Shown here piece by piece: positions 11,301 to 18,472 of a stretch of 62,146 nucleotides of DNA. Each line of letters begins with the position of its first letter. Position 1 is the first letter of the stretch. Source of the DNA: an uncultured Eubacteriales bacterium (GTDB lineage Bacteria > Bacillota > Clostridia > Oscillospirales > Oscillospiraceae); the NCBI GenBank assembly GCA_900548795.1, contig URLT01000001.1, positions 1 through 62,146 on the forward strand, written 5' to 3'. The notes under the pieces are model-generated. The model saw only the letters and a program-made list of their open reading frames with translations, was not told the origin of the DNA and searched no databases. A program made the translations under genes and the position numbers.

Positions 11301-11458
11301 CCGACATTTACGCCTATGCGAAGAACGCCGTCGGCTGGGCGACCGAGAAGGGCGTCGTCGCCGGTTACCCGGACGGCACCTTCCAGCCGAAGGGCAACGC
11401 CACCCGCGCCGAGGCGGCAAAGGTTCTCGTGATCTTCGCAAAGCTCACCAACAGATAA
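5381..11458 (+). CDS. Secreted SLH-anchored multidomain protein (2025 aa): CpdB-like phosphodiesterase/nucleotidase + 5'-nucleotidase + two copies of (SAM-hydrolase-C-like domain + PTP-like phosphatase) + three SLH
   Basis: SD AAGGAG; signal peptide MKKLSRVLSALLVLC; SDLHG/GDTIQG/GNHEFN/GHEH/NNYR; TDVHG/GDIYQG/GNHEFD/GHSH; HCTEGKDRAG and HCNEGQDRAG; SLH repeats ending TRAEAA. Confidence 0.92.
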   Translation: MKKLSRVLSALLVLCMILSLLPTVFAEENKSDFAFLVTSDLHGQIFATDYTVDASQSGTYKRGLTRVASYIKEMKQQYGDNLYVADMGDTIQGAPLTYYYAFNKPEADPPAVKAFRTIGYDMWVVGNHEFNYGLTILNRQLDYATSPATETEKQLSVCMANYLDAATNSDESKDWKTWKNYEPYVIKDFDGVKVAVIGFGNPNIPTWDIPANWEGIYFANIIDTYKHYEPEMKEKADMIVVVAHSGVNSDEKSDFIEQLVQETDSIAFAFSGHEHNNKDWTIKNAKGEDVHVLQPFTKARAIAQVKVSYDKTTGKADIDTSLVDMENYKLDEDLVKVLQPYEDATWKEYMLEKIGTASEAFSAADLGTKPSAFMDLVNTVQLWGAYDNTGENTPDNPKDDTPAQLSISAPLTSGDNPNIIDKGDIYLGDMFKLYRFENWFYQITMKGEEIHQWLEFAATKIKTDATGKPYVSSGDLTYYDVIYGDGFSYVIDYTKPAGSRIVSMTYEGKPIAANRTFTVVVNNYRYNGGGKYVDWLNSHGCNFVANDPARVIYSTQFDMIQGEDKGQARNLLTDYIRKEGTITPTVTSTWSLATGYKTFEIFETTDVHGYLTDTSSGKPETFQYRLARIAKIVKDARANAANNGVLLFDGGDIYQGTPVSNLIYGNALRAAYDNMGYDAVALGNHEFDWDVTKYATDAEGTMPAYEVGSFTGDSSIPVLAYNLFDAGTTTHASIVKDYVILDKDGVSIAVIGYIPDYSMDIMAAKIAPYDIDPDLDKLNAKIDSVIAAEKPDVVMVLAHDSPAHLARALDPDKVDLVLGGHSHTASFGVADNGIAYIQGNCQAKGYANAKLQYNTVTGEAEVLAPSYISITDKKDALYDNDENKANLDPDVLAISHAAWDTVKDQMEEVLGTVDRSITRRAKIGKSTNTIAGNWLTGLMLEATKDMNTVVAFANSGGIRCDLMMEEGATTRNITVGDIYTISPFGNRLLTFDATGAELAKTVENAFKNPNYGDQFSGMFVKYKTAPGADGRPVRTVTSIVLDDGTVVDIHDNTKTYRIVINEYCATLPGSAFEKKTPVQDVNEAPIDNLSAIEALRRIGKENGGVLPLDLNERCVKEEDAITYELVPDSGNMFKYGHLDLNVSTEEFLKLFNYGDIVTVSFNGKSYDFPVCSNYDDVDTHQLLIRAATGKKVVTMAINYGQLGVEAGIIEPNPDAGTVEGAPKYRVKDGVTFPIVATVTMKEAGGYADELSVRQLNRTNNREDYPELTDEQFANFRNIATTGMGAGILYRSSSPINPELGRNTYADKAASAAGIKTFINLADSVTEAKGYAGYDDSYYAKQNVVFLNLPVAFTTDEFKNGLAEGFRYMTTKEGPYLVHCTEGKDRAGLTAAILECLMGASADEVANDYLTTFRNYYNVVDGKQVALTEAQEAYLRNAILKNLCLIFDMADAAKADLAKEAEAYMKEIGLTDEEVAKLRENLSKSAALRIKTVAPSTTEIDKYGDVRLSITSGELLAAGFEYADYVTVEFLDQKLTLPVIPEYRYVGAREAGLVAWKDASKPVELEIFNGSFAASYGLATKTTNPDKSYVWNANEGVTFPVEITITLAQKGGYKDQYEVYDLVRTNNREDYKDLTDEQFANFRMVGTTGMGYGVLYRSSSPINPDIGRNTYADAAAKAHGVKTIMNLADNQAKAEAYAGYADTYYSKQNVAFLGIGVDFLSETNRTGLAEGLRYFATHDGPYLVHCNEGQDRAGFTSALLECLMGASLDEVKTDYAVTYMNYYGVKVGTTQYATISNNIVKNLKTIFGVETLEGADLAKLAETYIKGLGLTDEEIAKLRTNLAGKSQFHDVTEKDWFYDYVVELTARGVVNGVSPTEFEPNENLTRAHLVTMVYRLAGEPTVEATTSKFTDVKENSYYFKAAVWAEQNGIINGTTETTFEPDAFVTREQMVTILYRFSGDKGSYEDKLEGYKDAADIYAYAKNAVGWATEKGVVAGYPDGTFQPKGNATRAEAAKVLVIFAKLTNR

Positions 11459-11490
11459 CGCACCAAACCGTTTCGCACAAGTCATAAACG

Positions 11491-11514
11491 AGGGCGCTGC
11501 TTCGGCAGCGCCCT
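11491..11514 (+). terminator. Hairpin AGGGCGCTGC-TTCG-GCAGCGCCCT, copy 1 of 3
   Basis: Identical copy at 15013..15036 and an inverted copy at 15640..15663. Confidence 0.7.
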
Positions 11515-11603
11515 CTTGCGCGGTCAGCAGCCAAGCAAATTGCACAGTATGTACAAAATACGAATGCATTAATTGAATAAAATGCCGAATATTACAAAAA
11601 TGC

Positions 11604-11632
11604 TGGACAAGCCGTGCATCGCTTGTTATACT
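11604..11632 (+). promoter_or_regulatory. SigA-type promoter with extended -10
   Basis: TGGACA-17 nt-TATACT with TGn. Confidence 0.6.
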
Positions 11633-11714
11633 GTACGTGCGAGCAGCCTTCTGCCCGCACCAAAAATATAAGCCGATTCCGTGCATTCGGGATCGCAGAG
11701 AAGGAGAGTTGTTT

Positions 11715-14700
11715 ATGAAAATGCGCAACCGTTTGCTTTCTCTTGTGCTGGTGCTCTGCCTGATATTCTCCCTGCTTCCGTCCGTGTTTGCAGGGGATGT
11801 CGACAAGCTCGGCGCAGGGAAGACCGTTATTCTGCACTCAAACGACGTGCACGGCGAGGTTCTGGGATACTCCTATATGGCCGCGCTGAAAGCAAAGCTT
11901 GAAAAGGCCGGCGCCGACGTCATTCTGGCCGACGCAGGCGATTTCAGCCAAGGCGACACGTCCGTCTCACTGAGCAAGGGCGCGAATGCTGTGGAGCTGA
12001 TGAACCTGACCGGCTATGACGTGGTCGGCCTCGGCAACCACGAGTTTGACTATGGCTATCCGCAGCTTCAGGAAAACATGAAGAAAGCGAAGTTCGCGGT
12101 TCTCTGCTCCAATGTGCTTGATGCGGAGAACAAGCCCATCTTCGAGGCAAACAAGATCATCGAAAAGGGCGGCGTCAAGATCGGCTTCTTCGGCATGGAG
12201 ACGCCCGAGACGCAGACAAAGACCAATCCCGCGCTCATCAAGGGTCTGACCTTCCTGACCGATTCGACCGAGACGACCATCTGGCAGAACGCGCAGGCGC
12301 AGGTCGACGCGCTCAAGGCAGCCGGCGCAGACGTGGTCGTCTGCCTTGCTCACCTCGGCGTGGACGAATCCTCCGTTCCGTATCGCTCCTATGACCTGTA
12401 TGAAAAGGTCACCGGGCTGGATTTCATCATTGACGGCCACTCCCACACCGTGATGGAGAAGGGCGCGAAGGATGAGCCCATCCAGTCCACCGGCACGAAG
12501 TTTGCCAACATCGGCGTGATCGTGATCGATAACGCCACGAAGAAGATCTCCGAAAACTATCTCGTTGCAACCGGCGAGGGCGGCTTCAGCGAGCAGGATG
12601 AGACGGTCAAGGCCGCCGCGCAGAAGATCATCGACGACATCAAGGCTGAGTACGGCCAGAAGTTCGCGACCTCCGAGGTCGAGCTGAACGGCGCTAAGGA
12701 GCCGGGCAACCGCACCGAGGAGACCAACAACGGCGACCTCATCACCGACGCAATGGTCTGGTACCTCACCGAGAAGAATCCCGGCTCCATCACCGAGACC
12801 CCCGCAGAAAACATCCTTGCCATCACGAACGGCGGCGGCATCCGCGCGGCCGTGAAGGCCGGCGATGTGACCAAGAACGACATCTTTACGGTTCTGCCCT
12901 TCGGCAACACCGTTGCGGTCGTCTATGTCACCGGCGCGGAGCTGCTCGAGGCGCTGGAGGCTTCGACCTTCTGCACGCCGATCTCGCTGGGCGGCTTCCC
13001 GCAGGTTTCCGGCATCAAGTTCACCGTCGACGGCGATAAGCTCTATGACAAGAACGAGGAGACCTATCCCGGCTCGACCTACTACGGCCCGGCCTCCATC
13101 AACCGCGTGACCATCGACGAGATCAACGGCAAGCCGTTTGACGAGAAGGCCAAGTATGCCGTGATCACCAACAACTTTGTCGCCGCCGGCGGCGACACCT
13201 ACTATGCCTTCAGCGCCGCGTCGGCTCAGTTTGACACCGGCTATACGCTCGATTCCGTCGTGATCGACTACATCACCGAGAAGCTCGGCGGTGTCATTTC
13301 GGAGAAGGACTACGGCGCGCCCAAGGGTCGCATCACCGTTAACTACACCGATCCCGACACCACCAAGATCACCATCGGCGGTCTGGATGCCGACATTTGG
13401 ATGACCAAATACGGCAACGTCTACACGGACTGCAAGGCGACCGTTTTCTTTGAGAGAATGGGCTACACCTGGGGCGATATCGTCACCGTGAAGTTCCTCG
13501 ACAAGGAGCTGGAGCTGCCGGTCGTTCCGACCTATCACTATGTCGACTCCGGCAAGCCCGCCATCATCATCAACAAGGATGAGAAGGGTATGCCCACCGG
13601 CTATCTGTCCATGGCGATCAACATGGGCAACTTCGCCACCACCTACGGCATCGCCGAAAAGCACACCAACGAGGACAAGACCTGGTACTGGACGGCGATG
13701 GAGGGCGTGACCTTCCCGGTCGAGGTCACCTTCGAGATGAAGGAAAAGGGCGGCTACATGGCCGAATACCTGCTCCATGACCTCACGCGCACCAACAATC
13801 GCGAGGATTACAAGGATCTGACCGACGAGCAGTTTGCAAACTTCCGCGTCGTCAAGACGACCGGCATGGGCAAGGACGTGCTCTATCGCTCCTCCAGCCC
13901 GATCAACCCTGAGCTGGGGCGCAATACCTATGCCGACAAGGCCGCCGAGAAGGCCGGCGTCAAGACCTTCATGAACCTTGCAGACGATGCCGAGAAGGCC
14001 GCTCAGTATGAGGGCTATGCCGACAGCTACTACTCCAAGCAGAACATCGTGTTCCTCAACCTCGGCGTGGACTTCAGCGAGAAGACCTTTAAGGACGGCT
14101 TGGCCGACGGCTTCCGTTATATGACCAAGCACGAAGGCCCGTACCTCGTGCACTGCACCGAGGGCAAGGATCGCGCGGGTTATGTCTCGGCGCTGCTCGA
14201 GTGCTTCATGGGCGCGACCTATGACGAGGTCGTTGAGGACTATATGACGACCTACGTCAACTACTACGGCGTGGAGAAGGGCACCGAGAAGTATGACGCG
14301 ATTGCCAACTCCAACATCATCAAGAGCCTGAAGAAGGCGTTCGGCGTGGAGGATCTGTCGAAGGCCAACCTCGTGGCCTGCGCAACGGCCTATATGAAGG
14401 AGATCGGCCTGACCGATGCCGAGATCGCGAAGCTGCACGAGAACCTCGGCTGGAAGAACCCGTTCGGCGACGTCGCCGAGGACGCGTGGTACAGAGGCTA
14501 TGTCATGGAGGCCTACTATGCCGGTATCATCAACGGCGTCAGCCCGACTGAGTTCGAGCCGGAGGAAAACATGACCCGTGCCCACCTGGTCACCATGGTT
14601 TACCGCATGGCCGGCGAGCCGACCGTCGAGGCGACGACCACCAAGTTCACCGACGTCAAGGAATCGGCTTACTATTTCAAGGCGGCCGTCTGGGCCGAGG

Positions 14701-14999
14701 AGAACGGCATCATCAACGGCGTGGACGAGAACACCTTCGCGCCGGATGAGAACGTGACGCGCGAACAGATGGTCACCATTCTCTTCCGTTATTCCAAGGT
14801 CGACGGCGATTTCGCTGAGCGCGCAAATATCTTCAAGGATGTTGCGGACATTTACGGCTATGCCAAGAACGCCGTCGGCTGGGCGGTTCAGAATTCCGTT
14901 GTGGACGGCTATCCGGACGGCAGCTTCATGCCGAAGGGCAACGCCACCCGCGCAGAGGCCACCAAGATCCTTGCGATCATGGCCATGCTCGTGAAATAA
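11715..14999 (+). CDS. Secreted SLH-anchored 5'-nucleotidase + SAM-hydrolase-C-like domain + PTP-like phosphatase (1094 aa)
   Basis: SD AAGGAG; signal peptide; NDVHG, GDFSQG, GNHEFD, GHSH, NGGGIR, GGFPQVSG; HCTEGKDRAG; three SLH. Confidence 0.92.
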   Translation: MKMRNRLLSLVLVLCLIFSLLPSVFAGDVDKLGAGKTVILHSNDVHGEVLGYSYMAALKAKLEKAGADVILADAGDFSQGDTSVSLSKGANAVELMNLTGYDVVGLGNHEFDYGYPQLQENMKKAKFAVLCSNVLDAENKPIFEANKIIEKGGVKIGFFGMETPETQTKTNPALIKGLTFLTDSTETTIWQNAQAQVDALKAAGADVVVCLAHLGVDESSVPYRSYDLYEKVTGLDFIIDGHSHTVMEKGAKDEPIQSTGTKFANIGVIVIDNATKKISENYLVATGEGGFSEQDETVKAAAQKIIDDIKAEYGQKFATSEVELNGAKEPGNRTEETNNGDLITDAMVWYLTEKNPGSITETPAENILAITNGGGIRAAVKAGDVTKNDIFTVLPFGNTVAVVYVTGAELLEALEASTFCTPISLGGFPQVSGIKFTVDGDKLYDKNEETYPGSTYYGPASINRVTIDEINGKPFDEKAKYAVITNNFVAAGGDTYYAFSAASAQFDTGYTLDSVVIDYITEKLGGVISEKDYGAPKGRITVNYTDPDTTKITIGGLDADIWMTKYGNVYTDCKATVFFERMGYTWGDIVTVKFLDKELELPVVPTYHYVDSGKPAIIINKDEKGMPTGYLSMAINMGNFATTYGIAEKHTNEDKTWYWTAMEGVTFPVEVTFEMKEKGGYMAEYLLHDLTRTNNREDYKDLTDEQFANFRVVKTTGMGKDVLYRSSSPINPELGRNTYADKAAEKAGVKTFMNLADDAEKAAQYEGYADSYYSKQNIVFLNLGVDFSEKTFKDGLADGFRYMTKHEGPYLVHCTEGKDRAGYVSALLECFMGATYDEVVEDYMTTYVNYYGVEKGTEKYDAIANSNIIKSLKKAFGVEDLSKANLVACATAYMKEIGLTDAEIAKLHENLGWKNPFGDVAEDAWYRGYVMEAYYAGIINGVSPTEFEPEENMTRAHLVTMVYRMAGEPTVEATTTKFTDVKESAYYFKAAVWAEENGIINGVDENTFAPDENVTREQMVTILFRYSKVDGDFAERANIFKDVADIYGYAKNAVGWAVQNSVVDGYPDGSFMPKGNATRAEATKILAIMAMLVK

Positions 15000-15012
15000 G
15001 AACCTTTCTATA

Positions 15013-15036
15013 AGGGCGCTGCTTCGGCAGCGCCCT
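15013..15036 (+). terminator. Hairpin AGGGCGCTGC-TTCG-GCAGCGCCCT, copy 2
   Basis: Lies just after the stop at 14999; identical to 11491..11514. Confidence 0.7.
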
Positions 15037-15082
15037 CTCATACTGATTCTTGATTAAATTTTTTAATCAAGAATCAGTATCA
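15033..15082. repeat. Palindromic micro-element (type B)
   Basis: ATACTGATTCTTGATTAAA-TTT-TTTAATCAAGAATCAGTAT; related copies at 38679, 59722 and 60931. Confidence 0.8.
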
Positions 15083-15178
15083 CAGCCGTTTTTCAAGCAT
15101 TTTTTAATAACAAACCTGCCGTTTTCGGATTCCGAAGATTATATTTGCGTTCCGTATTTTCAATCAAGTTACCGATCC

Positions 15179-15211
15179 TGTCATTGCGAGGAGCGAAGCG
15201 ACGCGGCAATC
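15179..15211 (+). repeat. REP-like palindromic repeat TGTCATTGCGAG...GCAATC
   Basis: TGTCATTGCGAGGAGCGAAGCGACGCGGCAATC; inverted relative at 15546..15580; 27-nt exact inverted copy at 27570..27596. Confidence 0.75.
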
Positions 15212-15274
15212 TTTAACGATGCGATTTGTCATTCCGTAACGAACTATTGCGCTTCGGTTTTTCCTGATTTTCTA

Positions 15275-15388
15275 TTGACTTCACCCGCTTTCTTATGCTA
15301 TACTCAAGGTGGCCGGAGTAAGGCTTCCGGCTCACCTTTTCGGGGTGGAGAGTAGCGGCGCTTTTGCGTGGGTCGCTACTCTTTTTTT
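15275..15388 (+). ncRNA. Putative ~80-nt small RNA with its own promoter and intrinsic terminator
   Basis: TTGACT-18 nt-TATACT with TGn; hairpin GCCGGAG...TTCCGGC; terminator AGAGTAGCGGC/GTCGCTACTCT followed by a T-run; no plausible ORF inside. Confidence 0.55.
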
Positions 15389-15545
15389 ATTGCTCGTTCA
15401 TGAGGTTGAGCGGAACGAAATAGAACCTTGGAATGAAGAGAGAGGAAGAAGAATGAAGCGGCGAATCCATGTTTTTTGTGAAAGGGACTCCTTTTCGCTC
15501 AGTACTCCTGTGCTTCGCCACGGGATGCCATACCTTCCACTTTCA

Positions 15546-15580
15546 GATTGCCACGGCCGCGCTGCGGCCTCGCAATGACA
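15546..15580 (-). repeat. REP-like palindromic repeat (inverted copy)
   Basis: Reverse complement reads TGTCATTGCGAGGCCGCAGCGCGGCCGTGGCAATC. Confidence 0.75.
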
Positions 15581-15670
15581 CGAAAATCAGGATGTTTTTG
15601 GGGTAAAATAGCTTGCCTCGAAGGTTTTTGACGCGCTGAAGGGCGCTGCCGAAGCAGCGCCCTTTTCCGC

Positions 15671-15699
15671 TTGAAGTATCGCATGAAATATGGTATAAT
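15671..15699 (+). promoter_or_regulatory. SigA-type promoter of the rfbA operon
   Basis: TTGAAG-17 nt-TATAAT with TGn. Confidence 0.65.
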
Positions 15700-15769
15700 A
15701 TACATGCAAGGAAAGAAGAATGCAGCTCCGAGCGCCGCGCCCGGGGCTTCGGACAAGAGGAGAAGAAAC

Positions 15770-16636
15770 ATGAAAGGGATTATTCTTGCCGGCGGCAAGG
15801 GGAGCCGCCTTTATCCGATGACCAAAGCCATGAGCAAGCCGCTGATTCCGATCTATGACAAGCCGATGGTGTATTATCCGCTTTCCGTGCTCCTTACGGC
15901 CGGGATCCGCGACATCATCCTCATCACGGCGCCTGCGGACGTCGAGAGCTATCAGCGCCTGCTGGGCGACGGCAGTCAGTACGGCGTGCGCATGAGCTAC
16001 GGCATTCAGTACGTCGCGCGCGGCATTGCCGATGCGTTCCTGATCGCGGAGGAGTTTCTGGCGGGCGACCGGTGCTGTCTGGTTCTGGGCGACAACATGT
16101 TCCACGGCGAGCAGCTGAGCTATCTGCTCTGGGACGCCGCGCAGCAGGAGAGCGGCGCGACGATCTTCGGCTACCCGGTCAGCAATCCGCGGGCATACGG
16201 CGTCGTCGAGTTTGACGAGAACAACCGCGTCCTTTCCATTGAGGAAAAGCCGGAGCATCCGAGATCCAATTACGCTGTGCCGGGTCTGTATTTCTATGAC
16301 GGCAAGGCGGTCGAGCTGGCCAAAACGCTCAAGCCCTCGGCGCGCGGCGAGCTGGAGATCACGGCGCTGAACGAGGAATACCTCAAGCGCGGCGAGCTGC
16401 GCGTCGGGCTGATGACGCGCGGCATGGCGTGGCTTGACACCGGCACGCCCGAGGGAATGCTCAACGCCGCGCAGTATGTCGAGGCGGTGCAGTCCCGGCA
16501 GGGGCTTTACATCGCCTGCCCGGAGGAGATCGCGTGGTCGAAGGGCTTCATCACCACCGAGCAGCTTTATGCGATCGGAAACGACCTGAAAATGACGGAA
16601 TACGGGCAATATCTTTTGAGCTTGGGAAAGAAATAA
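15770..16636 (+). CDS. rfbA: Glucose-1-phosphate thymidylyltransferase
   Basis: MKGIILAGGKGSRLYP, SKPLIPIYDKPMVYYPL, PSARGELEIT, WLDTGT; SD GAGGAG. Confidence 0.95.
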   Translation: MKGIILAGGKGSRLYPMTKAMSKPLIPIYDKPMVYYPLSVLLTAGIRDIILITAPADVESYQRLLGDGSQYGVRMSYGIQYVARGIADAFLIAEEFLAGDRCCLVLGDNMFHGEQLSYLLWDAAQQESGATIFGYPVSNPRAYGVVEFDENNRVLSIEEKPEHPRSNYAVPGLYFYDGKAVELAKTLKPSARGELEITALNEEYLKRGELRVGLMTRGMAWLDTGTPEGMLNAAQYVEAVQSRQGLYIACPEEIAWSKGFITTEQLYAIGNDLKMTEYGQYLLSLGKK

Positions 16637-18472
16637 ATGGACCAAAGAATCAAACGCATCCTGCCCACCGTGCAGAAGCCTGCGCGGTACGTGGGCGGGG
16701 AATATCACGAGATCATCAAAAATAAAAGCGAGGTCGAGCTGCGCGTCGCCTTCTGCTTCCCCGATACCTATGAGATCGGCATGTCGAACCTCGGCATGAA
16801 GATCCTCTATGCGGTCATGAACCGGATGCAGGGCGTCTGGTGCGAGCGCGTGTTCGCGCCGTGGGGCGATATGGAGGACGCCATGCGGGAGCAGGGGATC
16901 CCGCTCTATGCGCTCGAAAGCGGCGACCCGATGGAGGCCTTCGATCTGATCGCCTTCTCCATCGGCTATGAGATGAGCTATACCAACGTGCTCAACATGC
17001 TCCGCATGGGGAATATCCCGCTGCGCGCCGCCGACCGGCCGGGTCTGGAGCATATCGTCTTTGCCGGCGGCGCCTGCACCTATAACGCCGAGCCGCTTGC
17101 GCCGTTTTTCGACTTCTTCTCGCTCGGAGAAGGGGAGCGCAGCACCGAGGAGATCATGGAGTGCTACCGCGCGGCGAAGAAAAACGGCCTGAGCAAGGAC
17201 GAGTTTCTCCGCGAGGTCGCCAGGATCGACGGCGTCTATGTCCCGTCGTTCTATGAGCACAGCTACAACGACGACGGCACGCTCCGCGCGATCGTTCCGC
17301 AGGAGGGCGTTCCTGCGACCGTGCAGAAACGCATCATCGAGCCGCTTGACGACGTGCTTTACCCCACGGACATCATCATCCCGAACACCGAGATCGTCCA
17401 TGACCGCGTGAATCTGGAGATCATGCGCGGCTGCATCCGCGGCTGCCGCTTCTGTCAGGCGGGCTTCACCTATCGCCCGGTGCGGCGGCGCTCGCAGGAG
17501 CTGCTGGCGCGTCAGGCGCAGGAGCTTTTGGAGCAGTCCGGCTGCCACGAGCTGACGCTTTCGAGCCTTTCGACCTCGGACTACCGCGACCTGCCCGGCC
17601 TGATCGACAAAATGCAGGCCTACTGCGTGCCGCGCAAGATCAATCTGTCCGTGCCGTCGCTCCGCGCGGATAATTTCTCGCGCGAGCTGATGCTCCGCCT
17701 GCAGCAGGTGCGCAAGAGCGGCCTGACCTTCGCGCCGGAGGCCGGAACGCAGCGTCTGCGCGACGCCATCAACAAAAACGTCACCGAGGAGGAGATCCTC
17801 GAGACCTGCGCGCTGGCCTTTGAGGGCGGCTGGAACAATGTGAAGCTCTATTTCATGCTGGGGCTGCCGACCGAGACCGACGAGGACGTGCTCGGCATTG
17901 CAGAGCTGGTCTATAAGGTGCTCAAAACGTGGAAGGAGCGCGCCAAAAACAAGAAGCGCGGCGTGCGCATCCACGTTGCAACGGCATATTTTGTTCCGAA
18001 GCCGTTCACGCCCTTCCAGTGGGAAAAGCAGATCACGCCCGAGGAATATATGCGTCGCCAGCGCCTGCTGAAGGATCATATGCCCTCGCGCAGCATCGAA
18101 TATAACTGGCACGAGGCCAATTTGAGCCGCCTCGAGGCCGTTTTGGCGCGCGGCGACCGCCGTCTGGCTCCGGTTCTGGAGGAGGCCGTCCGGCGCGGCT
18201 GCAAGCTCGACGGCTGGGACGAATATTTTGACTATCAGGCGTGGCTGGACGCCTTCGCCGCCTGCGGCGTCGACCCGGATTTCTATACCACGCGCGGCTA
18301 TGGCCTTGAGGAGCTGCTGCCGTGGAGCACGGTCTCCGACGGCGTGCGCACGGCCTATCTCAAGCGCGAGCGCGAGCGCGCGTACCGCTCCGAGACGACC
18401 CCGGACTGCCGCACGCAGTGCAGCGCCTGCGGCGCGAGCTGCCTCCTGAAGGGAGGAAACTGCGATGCATAG
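16637..18472 (+). CDS. Radical SAM protein, TIGR03960-like
   Basis: KPARYVGGE, FPDTYEIGMSNLG, RGCIRGCRFCQAG (CxxxCxxC), FAPEAGTQRLR, C-terminal DCRxxCSACG. Confidence 0.9.
   Translation: MDQRIKRILPTVQKPARYVGGEYHEIIKNKSEVELRVAFCFPDTYEIGMSNLGMKILYAVMNRMQGVWCERVFAPWGDMEDAMREQGIPLYALESGDPMEAFDLIAFSIGYEMSYTNVLNMLRMGNIPLRAADRPGLEHIVFAGGACTYNAEPLAPFFDFFSLGEGERSTEEIMECYRAAKKNGLSKDEFLREVARIDGVYVPSFYEHSYNDDGTLRAIVPQEGVPATVQKRIIEPLDDVLYPTDIIIPNTEIVHDRVNLEIMRGCIRGCRFCQAGFTYRPVRRRSQELLARQAQELLEQSGCHELTLSSLSTSDYRDLPGLIDKMQAYCVPRKINLSVPSLRADNFSRELMLRLQQVRKSGLTFAPEAGTQRLRDAINKNVTEEEILETCALAFEGGWNNVKLYFMLGLPTETDEDVLGIAELVYKVLKTWKERAKNKKRGVRIHVATAYFVPKPFTPFQWEKQITPEEYMRRQRLLKDHMPSRSIEYNWHEANLSRLEAVLARGDRRLAPVLEEAVRRGCKLDGWDEYFDYQAWLDAFAACGVDPDFYTTRGYGLEELLPWSTVSDGVRTAYLKRERERAYRSETTPDCRTQCSACGASCLLKGGNCDA

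Noticed and set aside
5543..11806. 2087-aa minus-strand ORF, and other long antisense ORFs such as 11967..15041, 15587..18526, 27633..30224, 53560..55977
   Set aside because: Antisense shadows of strongly codon-biased GC-rich genes; no recognisable motifs or SD; the opposite strand encodes clear proteins
15387..15470. 27-codon minus-strand ORF as a type I toxin
   Set aside because: No continuous hydrophobic helix, and the SD is too far from the ATG
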